From assembly GCA_964016885.1 (NCBI GenBank), contig OZ024742.1, forward strand, positions 67,642,001 to 67,706,000: a stretch of 64,000 bases of DNA, written 5' to 3'. Both the position numbers and the translations under genes were made by a program. This document shows, in pieces, positions 1-13,775 of the stretch. Source of the DNA: Eledone cirrhosa (Eukaryota). The number at the start of each line of letters is the position of its first letter. The first letter of the stretch is position 1. The notes beneath the pieces are model-generated. The model saw only the letters and a list, made by a program, of their open reading frames with translations, was not told the DNA's origin and ran no database searches.

Positions 1-105
1 TTTGCACATATTTAACCCCAAATTGGATAAAATAAAAACATGATAGCAGTGCTGTCATATAATTTGGGTATAGTTTTCTGCTGATATTATTTGTGATACT
101 TATAA

Positions 106-327
106 GGGCGGTGGATTGGCAGTATCGGTATAGGGTCGGACACCATACTTTGCAGCATAGAGTTACGGCCCTTTACGGCCTGAGTCGAAATACCGCCGAG
201 GTTAACTTTACCTTTCATCCTTAATGGGCCGATAAAGTAAAGCACCAGTAAACTACTGGGGTCGATTTAATCGACTTTCCCCGCTCTCTAAATTACTGGA
301 CTTGTGCCTATACTAGAAATCATTATT
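106..327 (+). mobile_element. tRNA-like SINE, near full length
   Basis: A-box-like TGGCAGTATCGG, degenerate B-box GAGTCGAAATACC, core CCTTTCATCCTT..GG.CGATAAA..ACCAGT and (ATT)n tail. The same sequence recurs more than 10 times in the window. Confidence 0.8.
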
Positions 328-336
328 TGTGATACG

Positions 337-477
337 TCCCTTTATGATCTGAGTTCAAATCCCGCCGAGGTTAACTTTGCCTTTCATCCTTACGGGGTCG
401 ATAAAATAAAGTACCAGTAATGTATTTTAGGCACAAGGCATTTATAATGCCTTGTGCCTAAAATAGAAACAATTATT
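337..477 (+). mobile_element. 5'-truncated copy of the same SINE, in tandem
   Basis: GAGTTCAAATCCCGCCGAGGTTAACTTTGCCTTTCATCCTTACGGGGTCGATAAAATAAAGTACCAGT. Confidence 0.8.
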
Positions 478-1646
478 TGTGATACGTATTGATAATATGT
501 AGAATGCTGTTGTTTTTAGGTACACGTCGGATTAGATTAAGCATACCGATTATCATAATCATTCCTGCTTTGATCATCAAGATCGATAAACGATGAGTTG
601 CCTTTGAAGTAGGTTTATATTAATATACCTACTATAATATATTTTAACTGCATGTGTGGAAGTTGGGGGAGATTCGAATGTTACATCTAGTTTTGTGTGT
701 ATTTGTTGGTGTTGGCATTGTTGTTGTTGTTAGTGGTGGTAGTGTCAGTGGTGGTGGATTTGATGTGGATGTTGTTAAGGGTGGGTGGTAATGGTGGTGA
801 TGGTGGTGTTGGTTTTGTTGTTGTTATTGGTGGTGGTGGTGGTGTTGGTAACTTGTCTGTGGTTGAGTTTCTGGATGTGCTTCAGGATTAGGGCGTGATT
901 GTTTTCATGGCGGTGTTGATGTCGCTTTTATAGATGTCGATGCTGGTTGTGCCGGTATGTTTGGAGCTACTGTTATTTAGATAGTCTTGATGGTCGTTCG
1001 GATTGTGATTGTGGCGATGTTAGTAGGGATGGTATTAATGGAAGTGTTGTGTTAGTATTTGGTGCAATGGCGTTAATGTTAGTTGTAATGTTTGCAATGT
1101 GAGTGTCAAAGATAGGAGGGGTATAATAATAGATGTGCTGACAATGCGTAGTTTAACTCCAGGTCAGCCAAGATCGAGCAGATTTATGATTAAAGGTATT
1201 CTTGTCACGGCTAACTCGTACGTCTATAGAATATAGCGTTATCCAACGTACATTTAATTTTAAAGAAGACAGATATATTTTGAAGAAGTCAGCTGTTATT
1301 TGTGGCAGGTCAATTGGCAACAAAGAGACTATCTTATTGGTTTGCCGTTATAAAATTATTGTTAGTAATTGTAGTGGTGCTGGAAGTTGTTTCAGACTGT
1401 GTCATAATGGTGGCGAGGCATTAATGGTAAAGGGGTATTACGTTTGATGTTTTTTTTCTTGGGTCATTTTTGTAGTTTGACGCTTTCTTTTATTTCCACT
1501 AACGCTGATAATGTTGTTGTTGTTATTTTTGTTGTTGATGTTATTTTTGTTGTTGATGTTATTTTAGTTGTTGTTGTTCTCTGTTATAGTGAAGATTTTG
1601 TAGTTTTTGCTGTTATTACTTTTAATGCTCTCTGTTGCTTTTTCTT

Positions 1647-1721
<75 letters not shown>

Positions 1722-1730
1722 TCACTATCG

Positions 1731-1772
<42 letters not shown>
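1647..1772. repeat. (TAG)n microsatellite
   Basis: Direct reading; source of the poly-S/V/T ORFs. Confidence 0.95.
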
Positions 1773-2335
1773 ATTATTGTTGTTGTTAATAACCATCTTA
1801 GAGCTTTGAAAATATCTAAAAATTTAAGATAAAAAACAATACGGTGGTTGAAAGAAAAACAAGTGAAAATATCTAGTGTATTGATTTGTTTTTGCCAGTA
1901 GCTGTATATCGATAAATCAGCATGAAGAAACATAGCAAACTAATAGTTACGCTCTTTCTATTTTTATGTTACCCCACATCATTCTTCTTTCCCATCATGC
2001 ATTTTTTTCTTAGTCTCAGACGGCGTACCTAACTTGACGTTCTCCAAACCAAAGTACTTGTTATTTCCCTGCCAACTCAGCATTGGATTTCTTCGGCTTC
2101 CATTATTCCATTTACGTTTAGGATGTTTTGTAACAATATCAAATCAACAGTAGTACTTGACGTGTACTATATTTTCGCAAAGCCGGAAGGAAGAATCGGA
2201 TATTTAACCTAAATACCGCAAGCGTTTATCCGACGCTTTATTGATTCTTACTTCATTTTAATCTGCCACAACCAGCGCTCGTCATTTTCCTATGATGCAC
2301 TTCCTATTTGACTCTGTCCCAGTATGCACTAAATA

Positions 2336-2337
<2 letters not shown>

Positions 2338-2379
<42 letters not shown>

Positions 2380-2399
2380 CACACACACATATATATATT

Positions 2400-2443
<44 letters not shown>

Positions 2444-2730
2444 TCAGTTAGGATGCATGAAGACATAGATACATGCATGAAGACATAAATACATAAATAT
2501 ATACATACGAACAGACATACACAGATACAAATATACACACAAACATACATAAATAGATACGTAGGTACATACGTACATACATACACACATACATACATAC
2601 ATACATACATACATACATACATACATACATACACAGATGCACATACACGTACATACATACACATACATACTACATACACATACATACATACACATGTATA
2701 AGTACAAACATGTATCAATACATACATATC
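2338..2730. repeat. Compound (TA)n/(CA)n/(CATA)n microsatellite
   Basis: Direct reading. Confidence 0.9.
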
Positions 2731-3774
2731 TCTATGCATTTTAATTGAATTTCATAATTTCTGAACATATGATGGATGCTCAGCAGAATTTGTCATCATA
2801 ATATTCATTTGATTTCTGTGAGAAACAGAATGAAATGTTTCCAGGCGCGATATATCTTGCTAGTACTCTTTGGGTTTAATCTTTTTCCACCATTCGATAA
2901 TGCCAATTATCACCTTCATTTTTTTTTCAGACAATCCTTCCTCCCCGTCTACCACAACCACCCTGAGCACCCTCTCTTAATTACCTCTATCTGCTCTTGA
3001 AATGTTAGGCCTTGTCTGATAGTCCTGTGTTAAACAGGCGAATCAGAATAATAAGACTCACTATTTAGCCGTAATAATATTAGTGTATATATGTGTGTGT
3101 GTGTGTGCGCGCGCGTATGTGTGCGTGTGTCTATATGTGTGTGTGTGTTTATATATATATATACGAAATAAAAAAAAGACGGTTTATATTTACATAATTG
3201 CATTTATTATATTATACGTAGAAACAATTATATTATACGTATTTCAATGACATCGTGGTTAGTTATTATGTAATGGTTACATCAGTGTAACATCCTCAGA
3301 CGTTAACAAAATTATGTGAAGTGGATATGTTGGTATGTCGATACTTCCCGGGTAAAATAATTCCATCGTCGGGTAAATCCAGCGAACATACCAACTCTAG
3401 TTTCTCCTTTGTTTGTGGGGTAGAAGTATCTATTTTCTGATTAAAAGAGTCAGAAAACTCCATGAAATAATCATTAATTCTCGTGTTGATAGCTAACGTG
3501 TGTGGTTCGTCTCAGTTGTCGCATATTTCTTCTTGCCGACAGTAAAAGTAAAAATTATTACTTTTTATCATGGTGTTTCGCTCACTCATCAAGTTTAGTA
3601 TTATCTGTTGTCAACAAGCAGGTCTCGGAATCTGATACCCACTGTCCCTGTTTATTGTCTCTAGAGTTATTGCTTCATTGCTACTATGGTAACAACAACA
3701 GCAACAGCAGTTTTCCCATCAATAACAACATCAACACCTATGTTGGCGATTACATTGATGATAATGATGCTAAT

Positions 3775-4190
3775 AATTGTTTCTACTTTTGGCACAAGGC
3801 CAGCAATTATCACAGTGCATTACTGGTACTTTATTTTATCGACCAAATAAGGATGAAAGGCAAAGTTAACCTGGACGGTATTTGAACTCAAACCCTAAAA
3901 GGCCGAAACTCTATGCTACAAATTATGGCGTCCGACTCTCTACCGATACTAATGATGGCGATAATATTACTACTAATACTAATGATAATGTTTCTACTTT
4001 TGGCACAAGGCCAGCAATTAATCCAGTGTATACTGGTACTTTATTATATCGACCAGGTAAAGATGAATAATAATTGTTTCTATTTTTGGCACAAGGCCAG
4101 CAATTATCCCAGTGCATTACTGGTACTTTATTTTATCGACCCCGTAAGGATGAAAGGCAAAGTTAAGCTCGGCGGGATTTGAACTCAGAT
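3775..4190 (-). mobile_element. Cluster of three tandem SINE copies/fragments
   Basis: Three iterations of TGTTTCTAyTTTTGGCACAAGGCCAGCAATTA..TACTGGTACTTTATT.TATCGACC..TAAGGATGAA, the reverse complement of the SINE 3' half. Confidence 0.8.
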
Positions 4191-4812
4191 CATAAAATAA
4201 TGAAAGATAAGATACGAAAAATGTTATATATATATATAAATATATTATTCAGAATATTAATAAATGAAGATATTCACATAATCAAAATATATGTTTTATT
4301 ATATATATTTCGAAGGTACTGTGTTGTTTTTCAGTACATCCTGGTCAGATAGAGAGCAAGGGAAAGAAGAAAGGAAATGGAAGAATAAAAAGAAAGGAAA
4401 CGAAAGAATGTCAAATGAAAGTAAAAATTAAATGGAAATAAAGGAAAGTAAACGGAAAAACAGTAAAATAAGATATGAAATATGACGAATATAAGTATGC
4501 ATAATAAATATGAAATAAAAATTAATAAAATAATTGTTTCTACTTTTGGTACAAGGCCAGCATGTATGCCAGTGTATTACTGGTATTTTATTTTATCGAC
4601 CCCGTAAGGATGAAAGACAAAGTTAAGCTCGGCGGGATTTGAACTCAGACCATAAAATAATGAAAGATAAGATACGAAAAATGTTATATTTATATATATA
4701 TATTATTCAGAATATTAATAAATGAAGACATACACATAATCAAAATATATGTTTTATTATATATATTTCGAAGGTACTGTGTTGTTTTTCAGTACGTCCT
4801 CGTCAGATAAAA
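4071..4812 (-). repeat. Tandem duplication, period ~458-460 bp (SINE fragment + AT-rich segment + hammerhead motif)
   Basis: 4071-4350 matches 4531-4810; the GA-rich spacer 4350-4530 lies between the copies. Confidence 0.85.
4752..4812 (-). ncRNA. Minimal type I hammerhead ribozyme, intact core
   Basis: Minus strand reads uuuuau-CUGACGA-gga c guacug(aaaaacaaca)caguac c uuc-GAAA-uauaua-UA/auaaaa. It has a 6-bp stem I, a paired stem II and a palindromic stem III. Confidence 0.75.
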
Positions 4813-4874
4813 TACATGAATTGATGTATGACATACCTTAACGGTCTTGATAGTCCAATTCCAGTATATTAATT

Positions 4875-4910
<36 letters not shown>

Positions 4911-4923
4911 AATTAATATATTG

Positions 4924-4957
<34 letters not shown>

Positions 4958-4971
4958 AACAATTAATATAT

Positions 4972-5035
<64 letters not shown>

Positions 5036-5081
5036 CAATTAATATATTGTATATATATATATATATATAAACAATTAATAT

Positions 5082-5128
<47 letters not shown>

Positions 5129-5147
5129 AATTAATATATATAGAGAG

Positions 5148-5582
<435 letters not shown>

Positions 5583-5658
5583 ACTTAACTCGTCCCATGG
5601 ACTGAGTGCTCTACCACTACGGATATTACCTTCCAGTGTTCTACCTCTATATATATAT

Positions 5659-5700
<42 letters not shown>

Positions 5701-5707
5701 CGTGTGC

Positions 5708-5745
<38 letters not shown>

Positions 5746-5939
5746 CCTGTTCTCTCTTTCTCTCTCCTATTTTGTTGCTATTAACTCTTCCCCTTTCTTT
5801 CTCTCCCCTTCTCTCCCTTCTCCCTGTCACTTTTTTACTCTCCCTCTCTCTGCTAGCTCTCCGCTGTATCTCTCACCTGTCACTTTTTCCTGTAAATTTC
5901 CTTCGAATGAAACAGTTCTAGACCTGTAGAAGCACTTTC

Positions 5940-5988
<49 letters not shown>

Positions 5989-6013
5989 GGAGGTGAGTTT
6001 TATTGTAGTACAA

Positions 6014-6074
6014 TATCTGATGAAAACACAAATATTATTGTTTGATGATATTTGTTTTTGAAATGCGCATAATA
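6014..6074 (+). ncRNA. Minimal type I hammerhead ribozyme candidate
   Basis: tat-CTGATGA(6017-6023)-long stem II aaacacaaatatta/tgatatttgttttt-GAAA(6060-6063)-TGCGCA palindrome-TA/ata. Stem I is only 3 bp. Confidence 0.6.
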
Positions 6075-6114
6075 AAATATATTGAACTCCTTTAACCATC
6101 TTTTGATCTTATAT

Positions 6115-6165
<51 letters not shown>

Positions 6166-6438
6166 GGGAGGGATAACACATTTAAAATAGTGAAATAATG
6201 AAATATATAATCTATAAACTAAAAGATAAAGGTTGAAAATTATTTTGAAAATTAAAATGTGTTTTGTACAATTCACGTTCTTTGAATCACACGATATACA
6301 CAATATATAGGATATAAAGGATACACTATAGATAATACATGTATAAATGACAAAATTATAAGAATATAAATATACATTACATAGATTTCAGTTATAGGTA
6401 TTATATATGTGTGTGTGTGTGCGTCCGCGCACGCGTGT

Positions 6439-6519
<81 letters not shown>

Positions 6520-6543
6520 AATAAGTATATATATATATATAAA

Positions 6544-7402
6544 TGTTAGTACAGCAATGACGAAGCTTTAGAACACGGCCAAGCTAGCGAATGCATAATC
6601 GGACTATAGCTTTAGCACTCGGATGAGGAAGGACCCCAGAGTAATAACATTACGTTCAGACAGCTTAGCAAATCAGATATAGCGGTCGGCAGTCCAGCCG
6701 CATCACTAGAGCAACGAAAATACAGGACCCAGGAAAAGATTTTATACTGACCCGGACAAAGCAGTGAGGCTGAGTGCAAAATATATAACTTACATCGTAT
6801 ATCAACAATATATATCATATACAGCAAACAACATCAGCGCTAAGTTCTGCAAATCCAAGATCGACAAATTCCGATTGCATGAGTCTGCAATATAATGGTG
6901 TTTGACGACAGAACATAGGATTTCCTTCTTCAGCAAGTATTTCTTTCTTACCCTGAGCGGGTATGTTGTAGCTTTAAATGTCGCCACAGACACGTGGTTT
7001 TCTCCAAGGGAGGTAACCCCCGCTTAGGCGGTGAATTCCAATTTGAGATAAATGAATGAATCCCTTTAGACAAACCGTATTAAGCACTCAAGCAGAAGTT
7101 ATCAAACAAACATAAACAATTAATCAATCAATAGAATCATCTAATTAAATTAATCAGTTAATCGTTAATTCTAGGAGTAAATATAAATTTTAGTACAGCA
7201 TTGACGAAGCTTTAGAACACGGGTAAGCTAGCGAATGCATAATCGGTCTGTAGCTTTAGCACTCGGATGAAGAAAGACCTCTGAGTAATAACATTACGTT
7301 CAGACAGCTTAGCAAATCAGATATAGGGGTCGGCAGTCCAGCCGCATCACTAGAGCAACGAAAATACAGGACCCAAGAAAAGATTTTATACTGACCCGGA
7401 CA
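6544..7402. mobile_element. Non-coding element with ~215-bp terminal direct repeats (6544-6758, 7188-7402); TRIM/LTR-like
   Basis: Near-identical direct repeats, left copy TG...CA, flanked by (TA)n; no ORF and no clear PBS. Confidence 0.6.
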
Positions 7403-7442
7403 AGTATATATATATATATACACACACATACATATATATATT

Positions 7443-7700
7443 GTATCCCAGTACAACCTGTCCCATGGTCGGGTCATTGGCGACTAAACTGGCAACCCCA
7501 CCAAGGTTTCTTGGTAAGGAGGGTGACTTTGGACATCCTGCAGGACTAAAAACAAAACCTGTCAAAGGGCAAAGGAGCTCTTAAGAGTCAATGGCCATCC
7601 AAAATCACCGGGAGAGATGACCCCTTAGCCTTTGTCAAGGCAGAATTCTAGGAGAGGGAAAACTCTGATATAACACCTGCAACCCTGATGGTATCCAATG
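7443..7700 (+). mobile_element. Dispersed repeat, probable RTE-type LINE 5' region
   Basis: CAGTACAACCT.TCCCATGGTCGGGTC..GGCGACTAAAC..TCTAGGAGAGGGAAA is shared in inverted orientation with 11850-12095. The family assignment is from recall. Confidence 0.5.
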
Positions 7701-8378
7701 ATGTCTATATAATTATTTATTTGTTTGTACACAAGCATACACACACACACATATTTATATGTGCGGGGTTTGTATACCCATGGTAAGGTTTTGTGTATGC
7801 TTGTGTATGTACGTATCTGTTTGCGTGTATGTATTTATTTGTTTCTATTACTTCTGTATTGTATTTATTTACTTTGTTCTTAACTCTGTAGCGGAGATTC
7901 ATTTGGTCTCCTAGTTAGAATTTTAGTCTACGATTTCTGCTATACCATTTACGTGGTTTTGTCTTTGCGTGGTATTGTTCTCCACGCTCCACATATGACT
8001 TATTATCTTCGTTTTTTCGTTCATTGCCAGAGAACGTCTCTATGCACCACCTAAGAGAACATTGGTCTACGACCTCTTTTATACTATAAACGTGGTTTTG
8101 TCTTTGCGCGTAATTGTTTTTCACCGCTCCTATTAATGACGTATTATTCGTTTTTCCCCGTTCTTTGCCAGCGAACGTTACCACGAACCAAAGTATCGTC
8201 TTCCTGTCTTCCTCCGGTTGCAACGTTTTTTTAAATATCCAGTTCTGCGTTTACAGATTGACTTTGTTAGTTTCAGAAGATCCCGTTAAGGGTGAAAGCA
8301 GCGATTCTTTGCTTAAACTTTAATCTGTTATTTTAATAAATATATATATATATATATTTATATATGTCAATCGATTTC

Positions 8379-8454
<76 letters not shown>

Positions 8455-8719
8455 GTATGAATACACATACAAATATAAATATATAAATCAATAAATAACT
8501 ATTATAAAATAATTTTTTTTTTATGTAAATTACTCTACACAAATATAAGGTATGGTTAATAGAAATATAAGGATAGTTAGTATTCTGGTATAGATAATAC
8601 CTGGCGCAATATGTGTACGATATGTGTGTAATACTTGTATAACCAAAGTATTTAGTATTTTTGCTTATAGTTACTGACGATGTATCTTCAGGCATGTTTT
8701 GGCTAATGTATGAGAGCAA

Positions 8720-9300
8720 GTGCTGAATAGGTCCATCTTTTTTATTAATACCTAATGATTTCCTTTTTATTATGTCCATGACCTTCGAAATACACAAGTT
8801 ACACGTATCGGAGCGTCCTCTGTATGTTTATGCGGATCGAAGTTAACATCAGGAAAGGAATATTTAGTGTTATCAAGCTTAAGCCCCTTCATTGTGTTAT
8901 TAAGTTTAAGCCTCATCATTTTCTTATCTAGTCTTCTAAATGTGTGGCAATTGTTGTACTCTCTTTCCTTAAACTTGTTTGCTGTATGTGTATACGGTGT
9001 TGTTAGTGCAAACTTTACATTCCTGTACGATATTGTTTCAAACGGGCATAGCCTGGGTATATTACAGTTTCACATTTTATTAAATCGGTGGAATTTATTG
9101 TGTATTCTGGGCCCAGATGTAGTGTCTCTTATCAGCGTGCCCCGTACTTTTGTCTATTTTTGCTTTGTCTAAGTTGTTTACTCCATGGGTAATATCATGA
9201 CGATACATGTGTCAATATACCTTTATGCATTAGTGGTTCATCTAAGGTGTTTACTCCCTGTCTAATTTCATGGCGATACATGTGTCCAGTTTTCCAAAGA
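8720..9300 (-). pseudogene. Decayed Penelope-like element: RT remnant and GIY-YIG endonuclease C-terminus
   Basis: Minus-strand peptides RYIDTCIV (YxDD-like), NCNIPRLCPF, FKEREYNNCHTF and YRGRSDTCNLCISKVMDII..INKK resemble PLE EN motifs; stops and frameshifts present. Confidence 0.65.
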
Positions 9301-10720
9301 CTTTGCTATTGTTGCTACATTTACTGTTACTCTCCACTTCCTTAATAGTGATTTCATGCTGCTTGGTCATCCGCAGGCACACTCGGTTATTTCGTGTGTG
9401 GGTGCCTTTGTGGTTACGAGTCCCCGTAGTGCCTTATGCCTCCAGGTGTCTATTGTTGGGTTGTGTGGTGTCGCTCATAATGGGTAGTGTATCCATATCA
9501 GAATTCCTTAATTGGTTCCTTCTAATGTTAGTGGTTTCTTCAGTACTGTTTACTCGGCTGGTGTTCCTGTCATTCTGTGTCATGTAAGTAATCTGCTCAC
9601 TGTAGACAGCTGTAGCTAAGGCTCTATTATAGTAGTCGGAATTGTTTTCAAATATTTCCTGGTTAGCCAACAGTAAAAAAAGCCACCTCGATACGCTGTT
9701 TACAGTTTCGCTAGTAACCGATTTAATGTGTTTGAGTTTACATTAGCATATTTCAGATTTTCGATCGTCTTGCGATAAGTGAAGTGAAAGCAAGAGTCAA
9801 AGTTCAGTGATACATCTAAGAAATTTACTATTTACCTGTTGCTATTGAATTCTACTTCTAGAACCATGAGGGAAACACAGAAAAAGAGAGAACAGAGAGA
9901 GAGAGAGAGGGAGAGAGAGAGAGAGAGAGAGATGCAAATGCATATATCTGATAACTGTATCCATAGATTTAGCTAATTCTGTATTTAGTAGACAAGAATA
10001 GACTTTATATTCATAGTGAATATCTATATGAGCAGCAAAATGTGGATCTGTTTAATTTGTGCTCCGTTTAATAATTCATGGAGACACATCTTATAAAACC
10101 ATTAACGACTTAAGTCAGATAAGCCTATATGCAAATATAATGCTTTCTTAGAAGCAAATTCAAATTATATATATATATGTGTCTGTATGTGTGTGTGTAC
10201 AGGAGTGCGGTTGCTGAATGTGATTATGTGTTTAGTGTGGGTGAGTTTTGGTGTACATCTCGGCGTGTATTAGTTTCCTATGTGTCTGTATGTGTAACAT
10301 TTCATTATTCCCAAATAACATTTGCGTAGGTGTATGTATATGTATGTATGCAGAGAAGCACGTGTGTGGGGGGGATGTATATATGTGTTTGCACGTGCAT
10401 GTGTTTCTGACCATAATGCATGTAAATAAATGTATGCGTGCTTGTGTACGCATGGCGCGTGTGTGAGTGTCTATACGTATTTTTTACATGCATCTAAGAG
10501 ATGATTATTCAGAGAGGACTTTACCTAAGTACAACCGGCGGTGACTCTCAGAGTGCTGAAGACTGAAGTGAATAAACTTCAGGAACTCCGAGTACCTTAC
10601 AAAGTATACGCCAGTTTACCACATATATTATACAACATCGTACAGACACATATGCACATATATGTGTGTGTGTATGTACCTATGCATATCAATACATCTC
10701 TGAATCTATCGATATATATA

Positions 10721-11623
10721 TATAATTAGAAATTAGTAAAATCGAATCTCTGGTGGTTTGCAAGTAAATTCAGCCTACTTATATGAAATGATGAGTTAGC
10801 AAAGCACTCGATATGATAGGGCCTTAGAGTAATAACTGTTTCTACTTTTTGGCACAAGGCCAGCAATTACCCAGTGCATTACTGGTACTTTATTTTATCG
10901 ACCCCGTAAGGATGAAAGGCAAAGTTAACCTCGGCGGGATTTGAACTCAGAATGGCAAAGACCGTAACTCTATGCGTCAAAGCATGGCGTCCGACCCTCT
11001 ACCGATACTGCCAATCCATCGTAATAACATACGTTTAAATGGGTTGACAAATCGAATATTGTGGTAGGCGAATCTAACACACAATATATACCAAAGTAAC
11101 GATAGAACTAATCAGGTTGAGAAAAATACACCTGGACAAATCAAACGATCAATCGTTTAAAGTGTTTCTTTGAATCCGAAATCAAATATCAGACTTACGT
11201 GACTGGCAAGCTCGTGGTATTCATGATCGAACGGAGGATTCAGTTTTTCAACAATCTTTCGTTCTACCCAGGACCGAAGTGATAAACTATATGTTGCTGC
11301 TACATGCGGCGTATCGTATCTATAGCTGTCACGTGTTAATTCCGGCAAGGGAAATAACCCCCGGTTTTTGGCGGGTCATTCAAAATGTTAGACAAAGGAA
11401 ATATTTTAATTTCCGCTAATCATCATGATAAGGTCTCAACTAGATGTTATAAAACAAACACAAATAATTAACCAATCAACAGAATTGTCTAATTAAATTA
11501 ATTAGTTAATTATTAAATCTAGGAGAATAATATAATTGGAAATTAGTAAAATTGAATCTCTGGCGGTTTGCAAGTAAATTCGGCCTACTTATATGAAATG
11601 ATGAGTTAGCAAAGCACTCGATA
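10721..11623. mobile_element. Non-coding element with ~93-bp direct repeats (10721-10813, 11531-11623) containing a nested SINE
   Basis: Direct repeats are visible; internal 11345-11537 is homologous to 7005-7187. Confidence 0.6.
10832..11020 (-). mobile_element. SINE copy
   Basis: Reverse complement of the SINE, including A- and B-box-like segments. Confidence 0.85.
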
Positions 11624-11629
11624 ATATTA

Positions 11630-12095
11630 TGATGGCCGCAAACTCTGCGAAAAGTATTGCAATCGCTTGTCAGATTATAAAGTTTGGTGCACCTTTAGGC
11701 TTTGGCCAGCCACACAAACCTGTAACATATCCTGAACAAGCAATGCCTTTACTTTGAATGTTTTTTTAAAGTGGGGAAAGGCCTTGCATTTGACCAATCC
11801 CACTTTCTTAGAATCGAAAACACTACCCGAAAAGAACTAACGAACATCATCGGAAGCCGCAGGTTTTTTTTTTTAAAGAGTTTCCCTCTCCTAGAAAGGT
11901 GTTGTTGTTACCTTCACTCCCAGGTAAAAACAAAACTATTTCGATAGCTGTTGACTCTGCTGAGTTCCTCCGCACTTTGCCGGGTGTTGTATTTCATCCC
12001 ACAGGGTGTCCAAATGCCACCCTCCTCACCAAGCTAGCTTGGTGGGTTTGCCGGTTTAGTCGCCGACGACCCGACCATGGGATAGGTTGTACTGC
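11630..12095 (-). mobile_element. Dispersed repeat, probable RTE-type LINE 5' region
   Basis: Homologous to 7443-7700 over 11850-12095. Confidence 0.5.
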
Positions 12096-13399
12096 GTTAT
12101 ATGTTACCAGTAGCACTTGAGAGCGAACAGACATATATATATTATATATATATTTATATATGTTTAATTTGTGTGTGTATATATACGTATGAATGTATGT
12201 ATATGTGTATGTATGTGTATATATATGTGTATGTACTTATGCATATGCATATCTATATATCTCTCCATATATATATATGTATATAAATATATATATATAT
12301 ATTTGTTTCTGAGTGTGTGTATGTGTGCGTATATGTATGTTTGTATGTATGTATGTATGCATGTATGTAAAAAGTATGCGAAGTATTTGACAAGAAGCAT
12401 AATCTGCTACTTTGTCAACCGTATAGTACTCGATCGAAAATAATATTATGTTTGGCTTTTAATCAGAAGAACTCTGACTTTACCAGCTGCTGTATACCAG
12501 GAAACGTCTGTCTACTAGTGTACCAGTTGTTTACAATTTTATAAACGTCCTACAAACTGTACCTATATATCTGTGCTATCTTGTTAACGACTCGAATTAG
12601 GTCAAGCATATAGACGATATTTACCTTGAATTAAAGATTCACCACATCTGTCTGTGCAAACACGTTGCATCATAAGGCTGTGTGATTTATTAGATCCCAT
12701 CATTTACACATCTTTTTAAATATTGACATAACAGATTTCACGTATTGCAGTAAATCAGTCAAATGAATTATTAATTAATGACATTAACCTATTTACTAAA
12801 TAATCTTATTGTTTGTCAAAATTCGTGACAGCAGCTGAGTACATCATTCATTCTAGAATAACAATCACAATTATGACAATAATGGTTCTACAACACCCAA
12901 CAATAGCTGAACATTATCTTTTGCCTATTATTCTTTTTATAAATGTCTTGAAGTATGTTAACCTTTGATTTTTCCTATAGAATATTCTGGAATAGTCCTG
13001 TAGGCAGTAATTTTATAAAAGCAATGGCAAGTCACTTTATAGACTGTAATTCGGAAAAGAAATAAATATATTTTATTTTCAAATGTTTACGTAAACAAAT
13101 ATCTTCAAGAATTATATAGAAAACAAAAGAATAATACTCACGTATGATAATTCTAAATCTGAATCAAGTTATTTCAGAAAGTGTTCTGTACTTTAGGTTT
13201 TAGATCATTTTATTAATAGTTTTGCTAGGTGTTAACATTTTCTGTACTTTAACAATTTTTGGTAGATGTATCTTGTTTGCATTAATTGTTAGTTTATGTT
13301 TAATATTTCTAACATTTTAGAAACATTTGATAATTATCTTCGAAATTAAGGACCATGGCAACATTTCCAATGCCTAGCCTTCTACTAGAGTTAGAAGGA

Positions 13400-13775
13400 C
13401 TTGTCTATGACAAATGTGCCAAGGCAACGTTTAAAAGTGGAATGTTAACAAAAAGATCGTCTGTTAAACTCGATAGAGATGCAACCATTCATGAGTTAGA
13501 CCCAGAATTTACTTATAAATATCTCGGTATAAACGAAGGTGAAGGAAATAAATACAATCAAATGAAGGAGAAAATAGGGACAGAATATTACAGAAGAGTA
13601 AGTTTGATCCTGAAAGCTGCTGTAGATTATAAATGCCATTTGTTTCTAGGCTATAAACACCTTAGCTGTACCAATGGTACCGTTATAACATCATCAAATG
13701 GAACTTATCTAATTTTCAAAGAATGAACTCCAAAACTCGAAAACTCTTCACAATCAACAAAGGAAGACGTAGATC

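Noticed and set aside
106-200. tRNA gene
   Set aside because: The A/B-box-like motifs belong to the SINE head; no cloverleaf
697-2739. ORFs rich in V, S, T, YI and CV (likewise at 5083, 16336, 19401, 22349, 25765, 30086-30953)
   Set aside because: Translations of microsatellites and low-complexity DNA
7443-7500. HDV-like ribozyme at the RTE-type 5' fragment (also 12040-12095)
   Set aside because: P3-, P4- and CUAA-like pieces are visible, but no P1/P1' pairing could be built in the required order
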